A DNA stretch of 64,000 nucleotides from Candidatus Binatia bacterium (GCA_963664395.2 OY761159.2:1920001-1984000), one strand, 5' to 3'; positions 39,220-49,809 are shown, counted from the first letter of the stretch. Translations and numbers: made by a program. The notes: generated by a model not told the origin, from the letters alone.

Positions 39220-40458
39220 CTAGCGCGTCAGCGATGGGAAAAGCGGCTCGGTGCTAATGATGCCCTCGTCAGAGAGCCGCTGTATCTCCTCCTTCGATAA
39301 GCCCAGCAGGCTGCCGAAGATACGCTCATTGTGTTTGCCGAAACTTGGGGCGGGCCGACGGACGACGGAAGGCGTATCGGGAAATTGAGGGACGAAGCCC
39401 GGATAGAAGTGCGGGCCGGTTTCCTCTTTGTCGATCGTTAACAGAAACTCACGCGCGGCAAGGTGCGGGTCACTCAGCACACCTGCACCAGACAGCACGA
39501 CTCCAGCGGCCACTCCCACTTCTTGTAGACTTTCCATCATCCCAGTTGCATCATGCTCCTGTGTCCAGGCGGTCATATGTTGGTCGAGTTCGTCCTCAGC
39601 CGCCTTTCTCCCTTGCGCCGTTCCGAACCCACCGTTTTGAGTCCACACCGGATTCCCCAGGACGCCACATAAATTGCGCCAGTCCTCGTCGGACGTGACC
39701 GCAATCGTTATCCACTCATCTTCACCTTGACACGGATAACACCCGTGGGGCGCCAGGGTGGGGTGACGATTGCCCAGTCGCTGCTGAGAGCGACCATTGA
39801 TGGTGTACCCCAGCAGAGCGGCGGCGTTGAACGGTAAGAGTCCCTCAACGTGGGACAGATCAATCGAGACCCCTGCGCCGCGCCGTTCTTGTTCAAATGT
39901 CCCGACCAGCGAAACGAAGCAGGCGTTGAGCGCCGACACCGGATCGCCGATAGCGTTGCTGAGCATCTGGGGTGGGCCGTCTTCATACCCACTGACCCCC
40001 GTAATCCCGGCCATGGCTTCGGTGGTGGTACCAAAACCGAGATATTCGCTCTCCGGACCACTATTGCCAAAGGCCGGCAGGGTAACCATCACGAGTTGCG
40101 GGTTGACCGCTTTCAGCGTGTCAAACTCAATGCCGAGTTTGCGCAAACTGCGCGGCGGATAATTGGCGACCAAGACATCACTGATACGGATCAGGTCACG
40201 AAACAGCTCTCGTCCCCGCGGGTGGGTGAGTTCAAGCGCAATGCCATACTTATTCCGATTGACCGTATTAAACGTTGGTGACTGCTCGTAGGGCTTGCCC
40301 CCATTTTCTGTGACCTCGGGGGCGGCTCCGCGCCACCAGTCCATATGAGACGGGGATTCCACTTTAATGACCTCCGCGCCAAAGTCAGCGAGCAGACAGG
40401 TCGCCAACGGACCAGCCCAGCCATTGGTTAAATCCACAACTCGTAGCGGCTTTGTCAT
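39220..40458 (-). CDS. Family III CoA-transferase, Asp-containing (BbsF-like) subunit
   Basis: WAGP, VNRNK, AIGDPVSA, APSFGKHN. Confidence 0.9.
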   Translation of the reverse strand: MTKPLRVVDLTNGWAGPLATCLLADFGAEVIKVESPSHMDWWRGAAPEVTENGGKPYEQSPTFNTVNRNKYGIALELTHPRGRELFRDLIRISDVLVANYPPRSLRKLGIEFDTLKAVNPQLVMVTLPAFGNSGPESEYLGFGTTTEAMAGITGVSGYEDGPPQMLSNAIGDPVSALNACFVSLVGTFEQERRGAGVSIDLSHVEGLLPFNAAALLGYTINGRSQQRLGNRHPTLAPHGCYPCQGEDEWITIAVTSDEDWRNLCGVLGNPVWTQNGGFGTAQGRKAAEDELDQHMTAWTQEHDATGMMESLQEVGVAAGVVLSGAGVLSDPHLAAREFLLTIDKEETGPHFYPGFVPQFPDTPSVVRRPAPSFGKHNERIFGSLLGLSKEEIQRLSDEGIISTEPLFPSLTR

Positions 40459-40481
40459 ACGCGTGCTCCTGTCTCCTGATA

Positions 40482-41702
40482 TCACTGTGAGTTGATTACG
40501 CCCGCGGCTCGCAGGCGGTGCAAATCAGCGTTGCTATAGCCCAGCTTTTCGCCCAGAACGCCCGCGGTGTGCTCCCCGACACGTGGGGCGCGACGGAGGC
40601 TGAGGATAGGCGCTCCACTTTCGCGGGACGGTGGGCCGGGGATGGAGACGGTTCCTCCTCCGGGACGCTCGATCTCGATAAACGCCCGACGCTCTTTGAG
40701 TTGGACCCATTCAACGACTTCCTGGGCAGAAGGGATAGGCGACAACGGAATCCCCCGTGCTTGCGCAGCATGATAGATGTCCCACTTCTTGCGGTCACGC
40801 ATCCACGGAATAAGTGCCGCGTGCAATTCATCGGCGCACGTTGCCAGGGACGGGATGTTCCGAAAGCGTGCATCACTCGCCAGGTCGGGCCGCTCAACCA
40901 GTTCGAGCAGGGCAACAATTTGATGCGGCAGGCCGGCATGGACGCCAACATACCCATCCGCACACGGCAGCGTGACCAGATTCGGGAAAGCCGCATGGAA
41001 CTGCTTGCCCGAACGCCGGCGGACAAAGCCTGAATAGGAAAACGCCACAAAATCGTATAAGGACGTGGCAACCAGGGCCTCCTGAATGGACACCTCAACG
41101 TGCTGCGCGGCGTGTGTTGCATTGCGGGTCCGTACGGCATGCAGGGTGCCGATGGCGGCGTACAACCCGGCCACGTATTGGCCGAACGCACCACCGGGCT
41201 GGACCGGCGGGCGGTCTTGCTCACCCATTGGATAGGTCCAACTGCCCAGGGCAAAGGCCACACTGTCGGTCATACGATAGTCACGGTAGGGGCCGGATGA
41301 GCCGAAGTTAGAGATGGCAACACTCACCACCCGTGGATTGGCAGCCCGCAGCACCTCTTGACTCAAACCCAGGCGCTCAAGCGTTCCCGGACGAAAATTC
41401 TCAACGACAACATCCGCCTGTTCAATCAGCCGTAGGACAACCTCACGTCCGGGTTGACGCCTGAGGTCAATAGCAACCGACTGTGGGCTGGTATTCAAAA
41501 AACAAAAGAGGCCGCTATTCTCGGGCCCAGGCTGATCGTCAAAAAATGGGGGGAGTGTCCGCCCTCCTTCGCCGCGTACTGGCGGCTCAATCTTGATGAC
41601 CTCAGCCCCATAGTCGCCGAGCAATTTCGTACAATAGGGCCCCGCAATATAATGGGTGAGGTCAACAACTCGAATGCCACTCAAGGCACGTTCCAGGGAC
41701 AT
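40482..41702 (-). CDS. Family III CoA-transferase lacking the catalytic Asp (BbsE-like) subunit
   Basis: LSGIRVVDL, IAGPYC, ENFRPG; FGQYVAG at the Asp position; RBS GGAGG. Confidence 0.88.
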   Translation of the reverse strand: MSLERALSGIRVVDLTHYIAGPYCTKLLGDYGAEVIKIEPPVRGEGGRTLPPFFDDQPGPENSGLFCFLNTSPQSVAIDLRRQPGREVVLRLIEQADVVVENFRPGTLERLGLSQEVLRAANPRVVSVAISNFGSSGPYRDYRMTDSVAFALGSWTYPMGEQDRPPVQPGGAFGQYVAGLYAAIGTLHAVRTRNATHAAQHVEVSIQEALVATSLYDFVAFSYSGFVRRRSGKQFHAAFPNLVTLPCADGYVGVHAGLPHQIVALLELVERPDLASDARFRNIPSLATCADELHAALIPWMRDRKKWDIYHAAQARGIPLSPIPSAQEVVEWVQLKERRAFIEIERPGGGTVSIPGPPSRESGAPILSLRRAPRVGEHTAGVLGEKLGYSNADLHRLRAAGVINSQ

Positions 41703-41918
41703 GCTTACCCTCCTTATATGACAACACGCAAAGAAGATGTGAGTATTGGTCATCTGCGGCGCGGCTGTCAAGATTCGCCCGCTTTAACGATTGTGACGAC
41801 GTTCCCGCTCTCAGCATATGACGGATTGACGAAGGGGGGAGTTCCCTCTATACACTGCTGGGGTGAACACACGCCTGCACGAGGAGGCATGGGGTTAAAG
41901 CGCGCAGAGAGGACACGC

Positions 41919-42155
41919 ATGATTATTGACTCAGAAACCTTCGGCGAAATAGAAAGTGCCGTGACCCAGGCGACCCAGGGGATAGGTTCTGCCACCCAGC
42001 TTGTCAAAGGACTCGGTCCCCAAACCGAAGAGGCCCGCACCTATATTGGCCGCTTGCTCAATCAGATCCTCGAAGTCCAGGTCTATGTTCAACGCGCGAG
42101 CGCTGTTCTTGATGCGGTCAAAGAAGCAAATCAAGAAGAGTCGTCCCGCCAGTAA
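41919..42155 (+). CDS. Small helical hypothetical protein
   Basis: MIIDSETFGEIE..., GAGG RBS, upstream TTGACG-17-TATACA (41826-41854). Confidence 0.55.
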   Translation: MIIDSETFGEIESAVTQATQGIGSATQLVKGLGPQTEEARTYIGRLLNQILEVQVYVQRASAVLDAVKEANQEESSRQ

Positions 42156-42330
42156 GAGGAATATTCGCATCGTCCCGCTCTGTTTTGTGCCTCGCTCTTG
42201 GGCGCGCGCCTCCTTCTCGTCGGGCAAGCGTCCATCCTTCCATGGATTTTCCCGCCAACGTCTGGTCCAATGCCTCCCCTAGGATTCATCTGGCTGAAGA
42301 ATTGGGATATAGTAGGGTTTCGCTCGTGTT

Positions 42331-42921
42331 ATGAACAATAAAATTTTGCACATCCGTGACCGGCTCTCGAAGCATAGTCCGGCGCCGGTCGATATTGACC
42401 CACCTATGCGGGCGGCGGTCGCTCTGCTCCTGCAACCACGCCCTGATGATGTTTACGTTCTCTTCATCCACCGTGCGCACCATCCACACGATCCGTGGTC
42501 TGGACACATGGCCTTTCCTGGGGGCCGGCATGAACCGGAAGACCCCGATCTCCTTGTCACCATCCAACGCGAGACACACGAAGAGATTGGGATTAGTCTT
42601 GATGAGCATGGCGAATATCTTGGCCGTCTTGCCGAAGTGCAAGCCATGGCACGCGGAAAACAGACGGGTATGATTGTGTCCCCGTTTGTCTATCTCGTCT
42701 CTCAGGAAGCCCGCCCGGTCCCTGACCCGGTTGAAGTACAGGACATCATTTGGGTGCCGCTGTCGTTCATGCAACAAGACGGTGTGGAACAGATCGTCCA
42801 GCGCAATCTTCAGGCCGGATCGACCATTCAGGTCCCAGCCCTACTCTACGGCGGGAAAACCATCTGGGGCTTAACCTACCGTATGCTGCGGGACTTTTTG
42901 GAACTTATTAACGAGTCGTGA
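42331..42921 (+). CDS. Nudix hydrolase, CoA pyrophosphatase subfamily
   Basis: WSGHMAFPGG...RETHEEIG Nudix box, IWGLT. Confidence 0.9.
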   Translation: MNNKILHIRDRLSKHSPAPVDIDPPMRAAVALLLQPRPDDVYVLFIHRAHHPHDPWSGHMAFPGGRHEPEDPDLLVTIQRETHEEIGISLDEHGEYLGRLAEVQAMARGKQTGMIVSPFVYLVSQEARPVPDPVEVQDIIWVPLSFMQQDGVEQIVQRNLQAGSTIQVPALLYGGKTIWGLTYRMLRDFLELINES

Positions 42922-42935
42922 GGGGAGGAAGAGCG

Positions 42936-43259
42936 ATGCAGCGGAAAAAGGTTCCTGAAGAAGTAGAAGAGCCCCTTATCCCAAAACCTCCGGTCAGCCA
43001 TAAGCCGCATTTCGTCCGTTGCAACATTACCGGCCCGGATGGAAAAAAACGGGCTGGCTGGGAAATGTGGCTGGGTGAACACTGTTTTGGTCGTTCAGAT
43101 CAAAAAGAATCGCTGCTGCAAAGTCTTGAACGTCAACTCCAACCACCCCAGTCTTTCCATTGGCGAATAGTACACCGTCAGCGTTTCGAGCGTGCTCGCG
43201 CAGCACAACTGCAAGACGAGAGTGGTCAGCTGGAAGAAAGCGGGGGGGAGACACGCTAG
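42936..43259 (+). CDS. Hypothetical protein
   Basis: GGAGG RBS, co-oriented directly after the Nudix gene; no recognised motif. Confidence 0.55.
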   Translation: MQRKKVPEEVEEPLIPKPPVSHKPHFVRCNITGPDGKKRAGWEMWLGEHCFGRSDQKESLLQSLERQLQPPQSFHWRIVHRQRFERARAAQLQDESGQLEESGGETR

Positions 43260-43265
43260 ACTGTC

Positions 43266-43445
43266 TCAGAGCACCCCGTGTAAAAAATCGTGGACTACGC
43301 TGATAAACCCGTCCGGATTATCGAGCATGACATGGTCGCTTCCCTGCGGTATCCCAACCGAGGTAATGTGGGCGTACAATGTGGGCGTACATGGTTGATA
43401 GTGACAAAATGCGACTATGCGCTGGGACGACAGTGTAGGGGCGTA
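43266..43445 (-). pseudogene. Decayed C-terminal fragment of an alpha/beta hydrolase
   Basis: Reads YAHITSVGIPQGSDHVMLDNPDGFISVVHDFLHGVL*; preceded by a 13-bp tandem duplication (aatgtgggcgtac x2) and a degenerate PTL..HSRILS. Confidence 0.6.
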
Positions 43446-43451
43446 GCGTGG

Positions 43452-45734
43452 TTATGCGTCGTTCTTCTCCAGAATCGCCTTTGCCACTTTGGCTGGCGAC
43501 ATGGGCAGCTCGGTCATACGCACCCCGGTTGCCCGGTAAATGGCATTGGCAATCGCAGCCGGCGGCGGAATGATCGGCACCTCGCCGACTCCACGAATCC
43601 CGATGGGATGGCCGGGATTGGCCACCTCGACCAGAATGGTTTCGATCATGGGCAGGTCGAGACAGGTGGGCATGCGATAATCCAGAAAACCGGTATTCCG
43701 CATGGTCCCATCTTCAGCGTAGAAATACTCTTCATTGAGCGCCCAGCCGACACCTTGGGCCACGCCGCCCTGAATCTGACCCTCGACATAGCTGGGATGG
43801 ACGGCTTTCCCTACATCTTGAGCGGCAGTGTAACGAAGAATATCAACCTTGCCGGTCTCGGAATCGACTTCCACATCAACGACATGGGCGGCAAAGGCGG
43901 GCCCTACCCCGCGCGGACGGACGGACGCGCGGCCCATAACCGGACCACCCGCACGGGGGAGCTTTGGGGCGATATCTTTCAAGCCCATTGATTCGTGGCC
44001 ATTATTCGTACAGGAAAGCACACCATCCTGGTACACGACTTCTTCCGGCTTGACTTTCCAGACTGTGGCCGCCCGCTGCTTCAGTTGTCCGACCGCATCC
44101 TGGGCAGCTTCATACACGGCAAGACCGGTTGCAAAGGTCACCCGACTGCCGCCGGTCGTATCTGTATGGCCAATAGATTCCGTGTCTGCGACCACAGGGT
44201 GAATGTCTTCCGCCCTGAGGCCCAGCACCTCTGCTGCAATCATGGCGCACGAGGTACGGCTGCCACCGATATCAGGTGAGCCCGTCACCACATTGGCCGT
44301 CCCATCCGTGTTAATGCTCACGGTGGCACTCGACTGAAACGCGGCATTAAACCAAAAGCCGGTTGCAACCCCACGCCCCCGGAGTTTCCCGTTTTCACTC
44401 TGGGGCGGTGGCGATTGATAATGCGCGCTGTTTTGGATGGCCTCAACGGTTTCGAGATAGCCGATCCGTTTGAATTGAGGCCCTGCGGGTTGGGCCGTTC
44501 CTTCTTTGGCGCCGTTGATATGTCGCATTTCGAGCGGATCAAGCCCCAGCTTTTCTGCAATCTCGTCAAGAATCGTCTCGGCCGCCATAGCGGGGTTGGT
44601 GGCACCGGGAGCGCGGTAGGCACATGTCTTGGGTTTATTAAGCACAACATCATACCCGTCGATCTGGAAATTTTCCAAGTCATACGGAGCCAGGACAGTC
44701 ATACAACCAGCAGCAACCGGCGAACCAGGAAAGGCACCGGCTTCAAACAAGAGTTGGAGTTCAGCCGCCGTGATCTTGCCATCAATGTTGACACCAATCT
44801 TGGCTCGAATATGCGATCCTGGCGTAGGGCCTGTCGCTCGCAGAACCTCACTCCGAGACATGACCATTTTCACTGGCCGACCTGTTATTTTGGACAGCAG
44901 CAAGGCCAACGGTTCTAAATACACAGTGGTCTTCCCACCAAAGCCACCGCCGATCTCAGCCGGCACAACTTTGATATCACCTGGGTTCATGTGTAGCATC
45001 GTGCCGCACAACTCGCGCACCGCAAACGGTCCCTGGGTGCTGACCCAGACTGTTGCCTTGCCGTCCTGGTTGTACTGCGCAACCGCGTTATGCGGTTCAA
45101 TATAGCCCTGATGGACCATAGTGGTATCGAACTCGCGGGCGATCACCACCTCGGCCGCTGCAAACCCGGCGGCCAAATCGCCACGCGAGAACTGGATGTG
45201 ATTCGCAATATTCGTTTCTTTGTCATTTTCTTCATCGACTCCGGCGGTACGCAAATCAGGGTGGAGGATCACAGCGTCGTCGCTCATGGCCTCAAGCACG
45301 TTTTGGACAAAGGGTAGCGGTTCGTACTCCACTTTAATGAGCTTGAGCGCTTCCTCGGCAACGTGCGTACCGGTCGCCACGACTGCAGCCACAGCATGAC
45401 CGTCGTACAAGACTTTATCACGGGCCATAATGTTGGAAGCCAAGTGGCGCGGATTGACAAAATTCTCCCCGATTTGCAGCATCCCTGGCCCAATCTCAGG
45501 AAAGTCTGCTCCGGTAATGACCGCTTTGACACCTGGGAGGGCTTGAGCCTCGGAGGTATCGATTGATTTGATACGCGCATGGGGATGTGGGCTGCGTAAC
45601 ACTTTACCGTGCAGGAGACCCGGCAGGGTAATATCCGCTCCATAGCGGGCTCGTCCCGTGACTTTATCAACACCGTCGTGCCGAATGGGACGGGTACCGA
45701 TCACCTTGAATTGATGCTCGTGTTGCGCTTCCAT
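43452..45734 (-). CDS. Xanthine dehydrogenase-family Mo-binding large subunit (paralogue 2)
   Basis: DKVTGRARY, RSPHPHARI, IGGGFGGK, AYRAPG, GVGEVP; start after a GGAGG RBS. Confidence 0.93.
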   Translation of the reverse strand: MEAQHEHQFKVIGTRPIRHDGVDKVTGRARYGADITLPGLLHGKVLRSPHPHARIKSIDTSEAQALPGVKAVITGADFPEIGPGMLQIGENFVNPRHLASNIMARDKVLYDGHAVAAVVATGTHVAEEALKLIKVEYEPLPFVQNVLEAMSDDAVILHPDLRTAGVDEENDKETNIANHIQFSRGDLAAGFAAAEVVIAREFDTTMVHQGYIEPHNAVAQYNQDGKATVWVSTQGPFAVRELCGTMLHMNPGDIKVVPAEIGGGFGGKTTVYLEPLALLLSKITGRPVKMVMSRSEVLRATGPTPGSHIRAKIGVNIDGKITAAELQLLFEAGAFPGSPVAAGCMTVLAPYDLENFQIDGYDVVLNKPKTCAYRAPGATNPAMAAETILDEIAEKLGLDPLEMRHINGAKEGTAQPAGPQFKRIGYLETVEAIQNSAHYQSPPPQSENGKLRGRGVATGFWFNAAFQSSATVSINTDGTANVVTGSPDIGGSRTSCAMIAAEVLGLRAEDIHPVVADTESIGHTDTTGGSRVTFATGLAVYEAAQDAVGQLKQRAATVWKVKPEEVVYQDGVLSCTNNGHESMGLKDIAPKLPRAGGPVMGRASVRPRGVGPAFAAHVVDVEVDSETGKVDILRYTAAQDVGKAVHPSYVEGQIQGGVAQGVGWALNEEYFYAEDGTMRNTGFLDYRMPTCLDLPMIETILVEVANPGHPIGIRGVGEVPIIPPPAAIANAIYRATGVRMTELPMSPAKVAKAILEKNDA

Positions 45735-45809
45735 ATCCACCTCCCGTACACAAAAACGGGGAAGAGCAATAGACACCCTTCCCCGTTCAATAATTATATT
45801 AATAGCAGC

Positions 45810-46073
45810 TTACCCGCCTCCAATGGCGGGCACAAAATGGACTTCGCCTCCATCCGGCACAGATTCGGTTAACCCTCCCGTCCCAATTTCCCCATTGATC
45901 GAAACAGCAATGGAGCCGACCAAGTCACCATCCTCAACTACCCGGCTCCGAAAGCCGGGAAACTGGCGTTCAAGGTCTTCTAGTATTTCTCCGACCGTTT
46001 TTCCGGCGGCAATGGTGCGGTCTTTTCCGCCAGTTAATTTACGGAGTAGTGAGGGGATATAGACAGTTGTCAT
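45810..46073 (-). CDS. moaD: MoaD/ThiS-family ubiquitin-like sulfur carrier
   Basis: 87 aa, IPSLLRKLTGG, C-terminal VPAIGGG. Confidence 0.85.
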   Translation of the reverse strand: MTTVYIPSLLRKLTGGKDRTIAAGKTVGEILEDLERQFPGFRSRVVEDGDLVGSIAVSINGEIGTGGLTESVPDGGEVHFVPAIGGG

Positions 46074-46083
46074 AGGACGCGAG

Positions 46084-46111
46084 ATGGGGGCAATTCAAAA
46101 ATTGCCCCCAT
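46084..46111. repeat. Perfect 12-bp hairpin (REP-like) inside the operon
   Basis: atgggggcaatt-caaa-aattgcccccat between the first large-subunit gene and moaD. Confidence 0.7.
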
Positions 46112-46117
46112 GGTCAT

Positions 46118-48388
46118 TTATCCGTTTTTCTCCATAATCGCCTTGGTCACGCGTGGGGGTGACATCGGCAGCTCCAACATCCGCACGCCGGTTGCGTTAT
46201 AAATCGCATTGGCGATGGCGGCCGGCGGAGGAACAATAGGCACTTCGCCCACACCACGCACGCCAACCGGATGACCTGGGTTCGGGACTTCAACCAGGAT
46301 GGTTTCAATCATCGGCAAATCAAGACAGGTCGGCATCCGATAATCCAGGAAGCCGGTGTTCTGCATGCGTCCGTCTTCGCCATAGACGTATTCTTCGTTC
46401 AGCGCCCAGCCGACCCCTTGGGCCACGCCACCCTGCATCTGACCTTCCACGTAGCTGGGATGGATAGCCCTCCCAACATCCTGGACAGCAGTGTAACGCA
46501 GCACATCAACCTTGCCGGTTTCTTCATCTACGGCCACGTCAACCAGATGCGTCGCAAAGCCTGGCCCCACACCGCGTGGGTTGACTGACGCCCGACCCGT
46601 GACCGGGCCACCGGTCCGTGGCAGCTTCCCGGCCAACTCTTTGAGGGTCAGAGATTCGTTGCCGTTCTCAGCACAGGTGAATACGCCATCTTGAAACGAG
46701 ACTTTATCCGTGTCGACCTTCCAGACTTTGGCAGCGCGCGCGCTGAGTTGAATGAGTACATCTTGAGCCGCTTCATATACGGCCGTCCCAGTGGCAAAGG
46801 TGACCCGGCTACCGCCGGTCATATCCGTATGGCCAATGGACTCGGTATCTGCCACAACCGGGTGGACTTCTTCTGCCGTCAGGCCGAGCACCTCCGCGGC
46901 GATCATGGCGCAGGAAGTCCGCGTGCCACCAATATCGGTCGAACCGGTCACCACATTGGCGGTGCCGTCGCTGTTAATGGCCACGGTCGCGCTGGACTGA
47001 AAACCGGCATTAAACCAGAAGCCCGAGGCCAGCCCACGACCAACCCGTCGCCCTTCGACTTGGGGCAGCTCGGACTTGAAGTGGTCGCTACTCTTGGTGG
47101 CTTCGAGGGTGTCCAGAAAGCCGATTTGGCCAAATTTCGGACCCGCAGGCTGCGCGGTGCCCTCCTTGGCCCCGTTAATGCGACGGAACTCCAGCGGGTC
47201 TATGCCGAGCTTTTCTGCGAGTTCATCAATCACCGTCTCTGAGCCCATGGCCGCATTAGTCGCGCCCGGAGCCCGATACGCCGCGGTCTTGGGCTTATTG
47301 ACCAGGACGTCATAGCCGTCAATTTTCAGATTATCGATGTCATACGGAGCAATAACGCACATACAGCCCGCGCCAACCGGGGAGCCGGGAAAGCCACCGG
47401 CTTCATATGCCATCCAGACTTCAGCCGCCGTGATCTTGCCGTCCTTGTCCGCTCCCATCTTCACCTTGATATGTGAGCCTGGGGTTGGCCCGGTGGCTTT
47501 GAGCACATCGGCTCGGCTCATAACCATTTTGACCGGCTTACCCGTATGCTTCGACAACAGCAGCGCAACGGGCTCGTAGTAAATGGGAATCTTGCCACCA
47601 AAACCACCACCGATTTCTGCCGGAATAACCTTGATCTTGCTCGGCGGCATGTCGAGCACAAAAGCCGTTTGATCCCGGGTCGTAAACGCGCCCTGGGTGC
47701 TCACCCAGATCGTACTTTGTCCGTCCGAACTGTACTGCGCCACGGCATTGTGCGGCTCGATATAGCCCTGGTGAACCATGGACGTGTCAAACTCGCGCTC
47801 AACGACCACTTCGGCGGCGGCAAAGCCAGCGGCAAGGTCACCGCGTTCGAACTGGATGTGGTTGGCGACATTCGTATCCGTTCTCTCTCCATCATCCCCC
47901 TTGCCTAAGCCAGGGATAAGGATAGGGGCGGTATCGTCCATAGCCTCAATAACGTTCTGCACGTGGGGCAAGACTTCATAGTCAACGGTAATCAGCTTTG
48001 CGGCTTCTTCAGCGATATGCGGACTGATGGCTGCGACTGCGGCCACAACATGGCCGTCATACAGCACCTTGTCCCGTGCCATGCAGTTCAAAGACTGATG
48101 TCGCGGGTTGATCGGCAGTTCGCCCATTGCCGCCATACCAGGCCCAATATCCGGGAAATCCTGAGCAGTGATAACAGACTTCACCCCAGGCAGAGCCTCG
48201 GCTGCTGACGTGTCGATCGATTTGATTCTGGCATGGGCGTGCGGGCTGCGCAGGGTCTTTCCATGCAATAGGCCAGCCAAGCTGATATCCGCTCCATACT
48301 GCGCCCGACCGGTGACTTTATCGACACCATCGTGCCGAATCGGCCGCGTCCCAATGACTTTGAATTTGTGTTCTTGTTGGGCTGCCAT
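46118..48388 (-). CDS. Xanthine dehydrogenase-family Mo-binding large subunit (paralogue 1)
   Basis: Same motif set as paralogue 2: DKVTG, IGGGFGGK, AYRAPG, GVGEVP. Confidence 0.93.
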   Translation of the reverse strand: MAAQQEHKFKVIGTRPIRHDGVDKVTGRAQYGADISLAGLLHGKTLRSPHAHARIKSIDTSAAEALPGVKSVITAQDFPDIGPGMAAMGELPINPRHQSLNCMARDKVLYDGHVVAAVAAISPHIAEEAAKLITVDYEVLPHVQNVIEAMDDTAPILIPGLGKGDDGERTDTNVANHIQFERGDLAAGFAAAEVVVEREFDTSMVHQGYIEPHNAVAQYSSDGQSTIWVSTQGAFTTRDQTAFVLDMPPSKIKVIPAEIGGGFGGKIPIYYEPVALLLSKHTGKPVKMVMSRADVLKATGPTPGSHIKVKMGADKDGKITAAEVWMAYEAGGFPGSPVGAGCMCVIAPYDIDNLKIDGYDVLVNKPKTAAYRAPGATNAAMGSETVIDELAEKLGIDPLEFRRINGAKEGTAQPAGPKFGQIGFLDTLEATKSSDHFKSELPQVEGRRVGRGLASGFWFNAGFQSSATVAINSDGTANVVTGSTDIGGTRTSCAMIAAEVLGLTAEEVHPVVADTESIGHTDMTGGSRVTFATGTAVYEAAQDVLIQLSARAAKVWKVDTDKVSFQDGVFTCAENGNESLTLKELAGKLPRTGGPVTGRASVNPRGVGPGFATHLVDVAVDEETGKVDVLRYTAVQDVGRAIHPSYVEGQMQGGVAQGVGWALNEEYVYGEDGRMQNTGFLDYRMPTCLDLPMIETILVEVPNPGHPVGVRGVGEVPIVPPPAAIANAIYNATGVRMLELPMSPPRVTKAIMEKNG

Positions 48389-48390
48389 GT

Positions 48391-48867
48391 CTACCTCCCT
48401 TGCATTTCAGCTGCGGCGTCTTGCACCGCTCTCACGATCTTGTCATAGCCCGTGCAGCGGCAGAGATTGCCAGCCAAGGCGTAGCGGATTTCATGCTCCG
48501 TTGGGTTGGGGTTCCGGTCCAACAGCGCCTTGGACGTGACTAAAAAGCCGGGGGTGCAGATCCCGCACTGGAGCGCGGCGTGTTCCAGAAATTTCTTCTG
48601 GAGCGGATGCAGGGTATCCCCATCGGCCAAGCCTTCGACCGTAGTGATCTCTTTGCCTTCAGCCTCAACGCCAAGAACGAGACAGGAGTCAGTGGGGCGT
48701 CCATCCATAATCACGCTGCACGCACCGCAGTCGCCCGTCAGGCAGCCTTCTTTTGTGCCGGTATAGCCAACAACATCGCGCAGCACTTCAAGCAGGCTCT
48801 GGCGTGGTTCGCACAGGAACTCGGTCTCTTCACCATTGATTGTTGTTTGAATATGTACCTTCTTCAT
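48391..48867 (-). CDS. 2Fe-2S small subunit (CoxS/XdhC-type)
   Basis: GTKEGCLTGDCGAC and QCGICTPG...NLCRCTGY. Confidence 0.95.
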   Translation of the reverse strand: MKKVHIQTTINGEETEFLCEPRQSLLEVLRDVVGYTGTKEGCLTGDCGACSVIMDGRPTDSCLVLGVEAEGKEITTVEGLADGDTLHPLQKKFLEHAALQCGICTPGFLVTSKALLDRNPNPTEHEIRYALAGNLCRCTGYDKIVRAVQDAAAEMQGR

Positions 48868-48939
48868 GTATCTCCTGCCTTCCCTATCAAGATTATCAGA
48901 TTATCAGGATAATCCTGTCATCATTTAATCCTGATCAAC

Positions 48940-49809
48940 CTAGCGTGCCCGCGCCCGTGCGGCTGCTTCCTTCAAAGTGCGGCGCGTGAGAACGCCAACC
49001 AGATGCATGCGAAATTCTGCCGTGCCGCGCATATCACTAATGGGCGAGGCTACTTGTTGAGCGAGTTTTGCGGCGGCGTCGATAGCGGCATCATCCAGCG
49101 TTTTCCCCACTAGGGAATCGCCCGCTTCTTTGGCGAGAAGTGGCCGGGCGGCAACCGCCCCGAGACTAATACGGGCAGCAGTACAGGTATCGCCATCAAG
49201 GGCGACACACGAGCCTACGCCAACCACCGCAATATCCATCTCGTTCCGAGGGATAAAACGTTGGTAGCAGTCAGCCGCTTTCCCTTGCAACACGGGAATC
49301 CGGAATTCTACCAGCAATTCGTTGGGTGCCAGCACTGTTTGCCCGGGAGCAGTCACAAAATCTTCAACTGGAACGTCACGGGTGCCATTAGGTCCGACGA
49401 TATGACACACCGCCCCTAAAACGATCAGGGCTGGCGTCGTATCTGCGGCGGGTGAGCCATTACACACGTTTCCACCAACCGAGGCCCGCGAAAGGATCTG
49501 ATCAGAGCCGATCAGCCCGGCAGCCTCAACCAGCCCCGGATATTGCTGCTGTACGGTCGTGTCTTCAAGAACATGACAACACGCCAGTGCGGCTCCGAGC
49601 CGGAGCCCGTTTTGCGCATCAAAAGACAAGGTTTGGAGTTCTGGGATCTTTTTGGCGTCAATCACCTGTCCCGGTTGTCGTACACCGGCACGCATCTGGA
49701 TAATCAGATCCGTGCCTCCCGCTAGCATACGCCCATTTTCACCCGCTGCAGCCAAAACGTTAATGGCTTGGTCGAGCGAAGTCGGCGCTTCATAATTCAG
49801 TTCGTGCAA
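48940..49809 (-). CDS. FAD-binding medium subunit (CoxM-type)
   Basis: LAGGTDL, ASVGGNVCNGSPAAD, PISDMRGTAEFR. Confidence 0.93.
   Translation of the reverse strand: MHELNYEAPTSLDQAINVLAAAGENGRMLAGGTDLIIQMRAGVRQPGQVIDAKKIPELQTLSFDAQNGLRLGAALACCHVLEDTTVQQQYPGLVEAAGLIGSDQILSRASVGGNVCNGSPAADTTPALIVLGAVCHIVGPNGTRDVPVEDFVTAPGQTVLAPNELLVEFRIPVLQGKAADCYQRFIPRNEMDIAVVGVGSCVALDGDTCTAARISLGAVAARPLLAKEAGDSLVGKTLDDAAIDAAAKLAQQVASPISDMRGTAEFRMHLVGVLTRRTLKEAAARARAR

Noticed and set aside
48880-48936. Short AATCCTG/GATTATCA repeats as a CRISPR or regulatory array
   Set aside because: Irregular units under 10 bp with no spacers; most likely another small intergenic repeat. No CRISPR array or cas gene was seen anywhere in the window.
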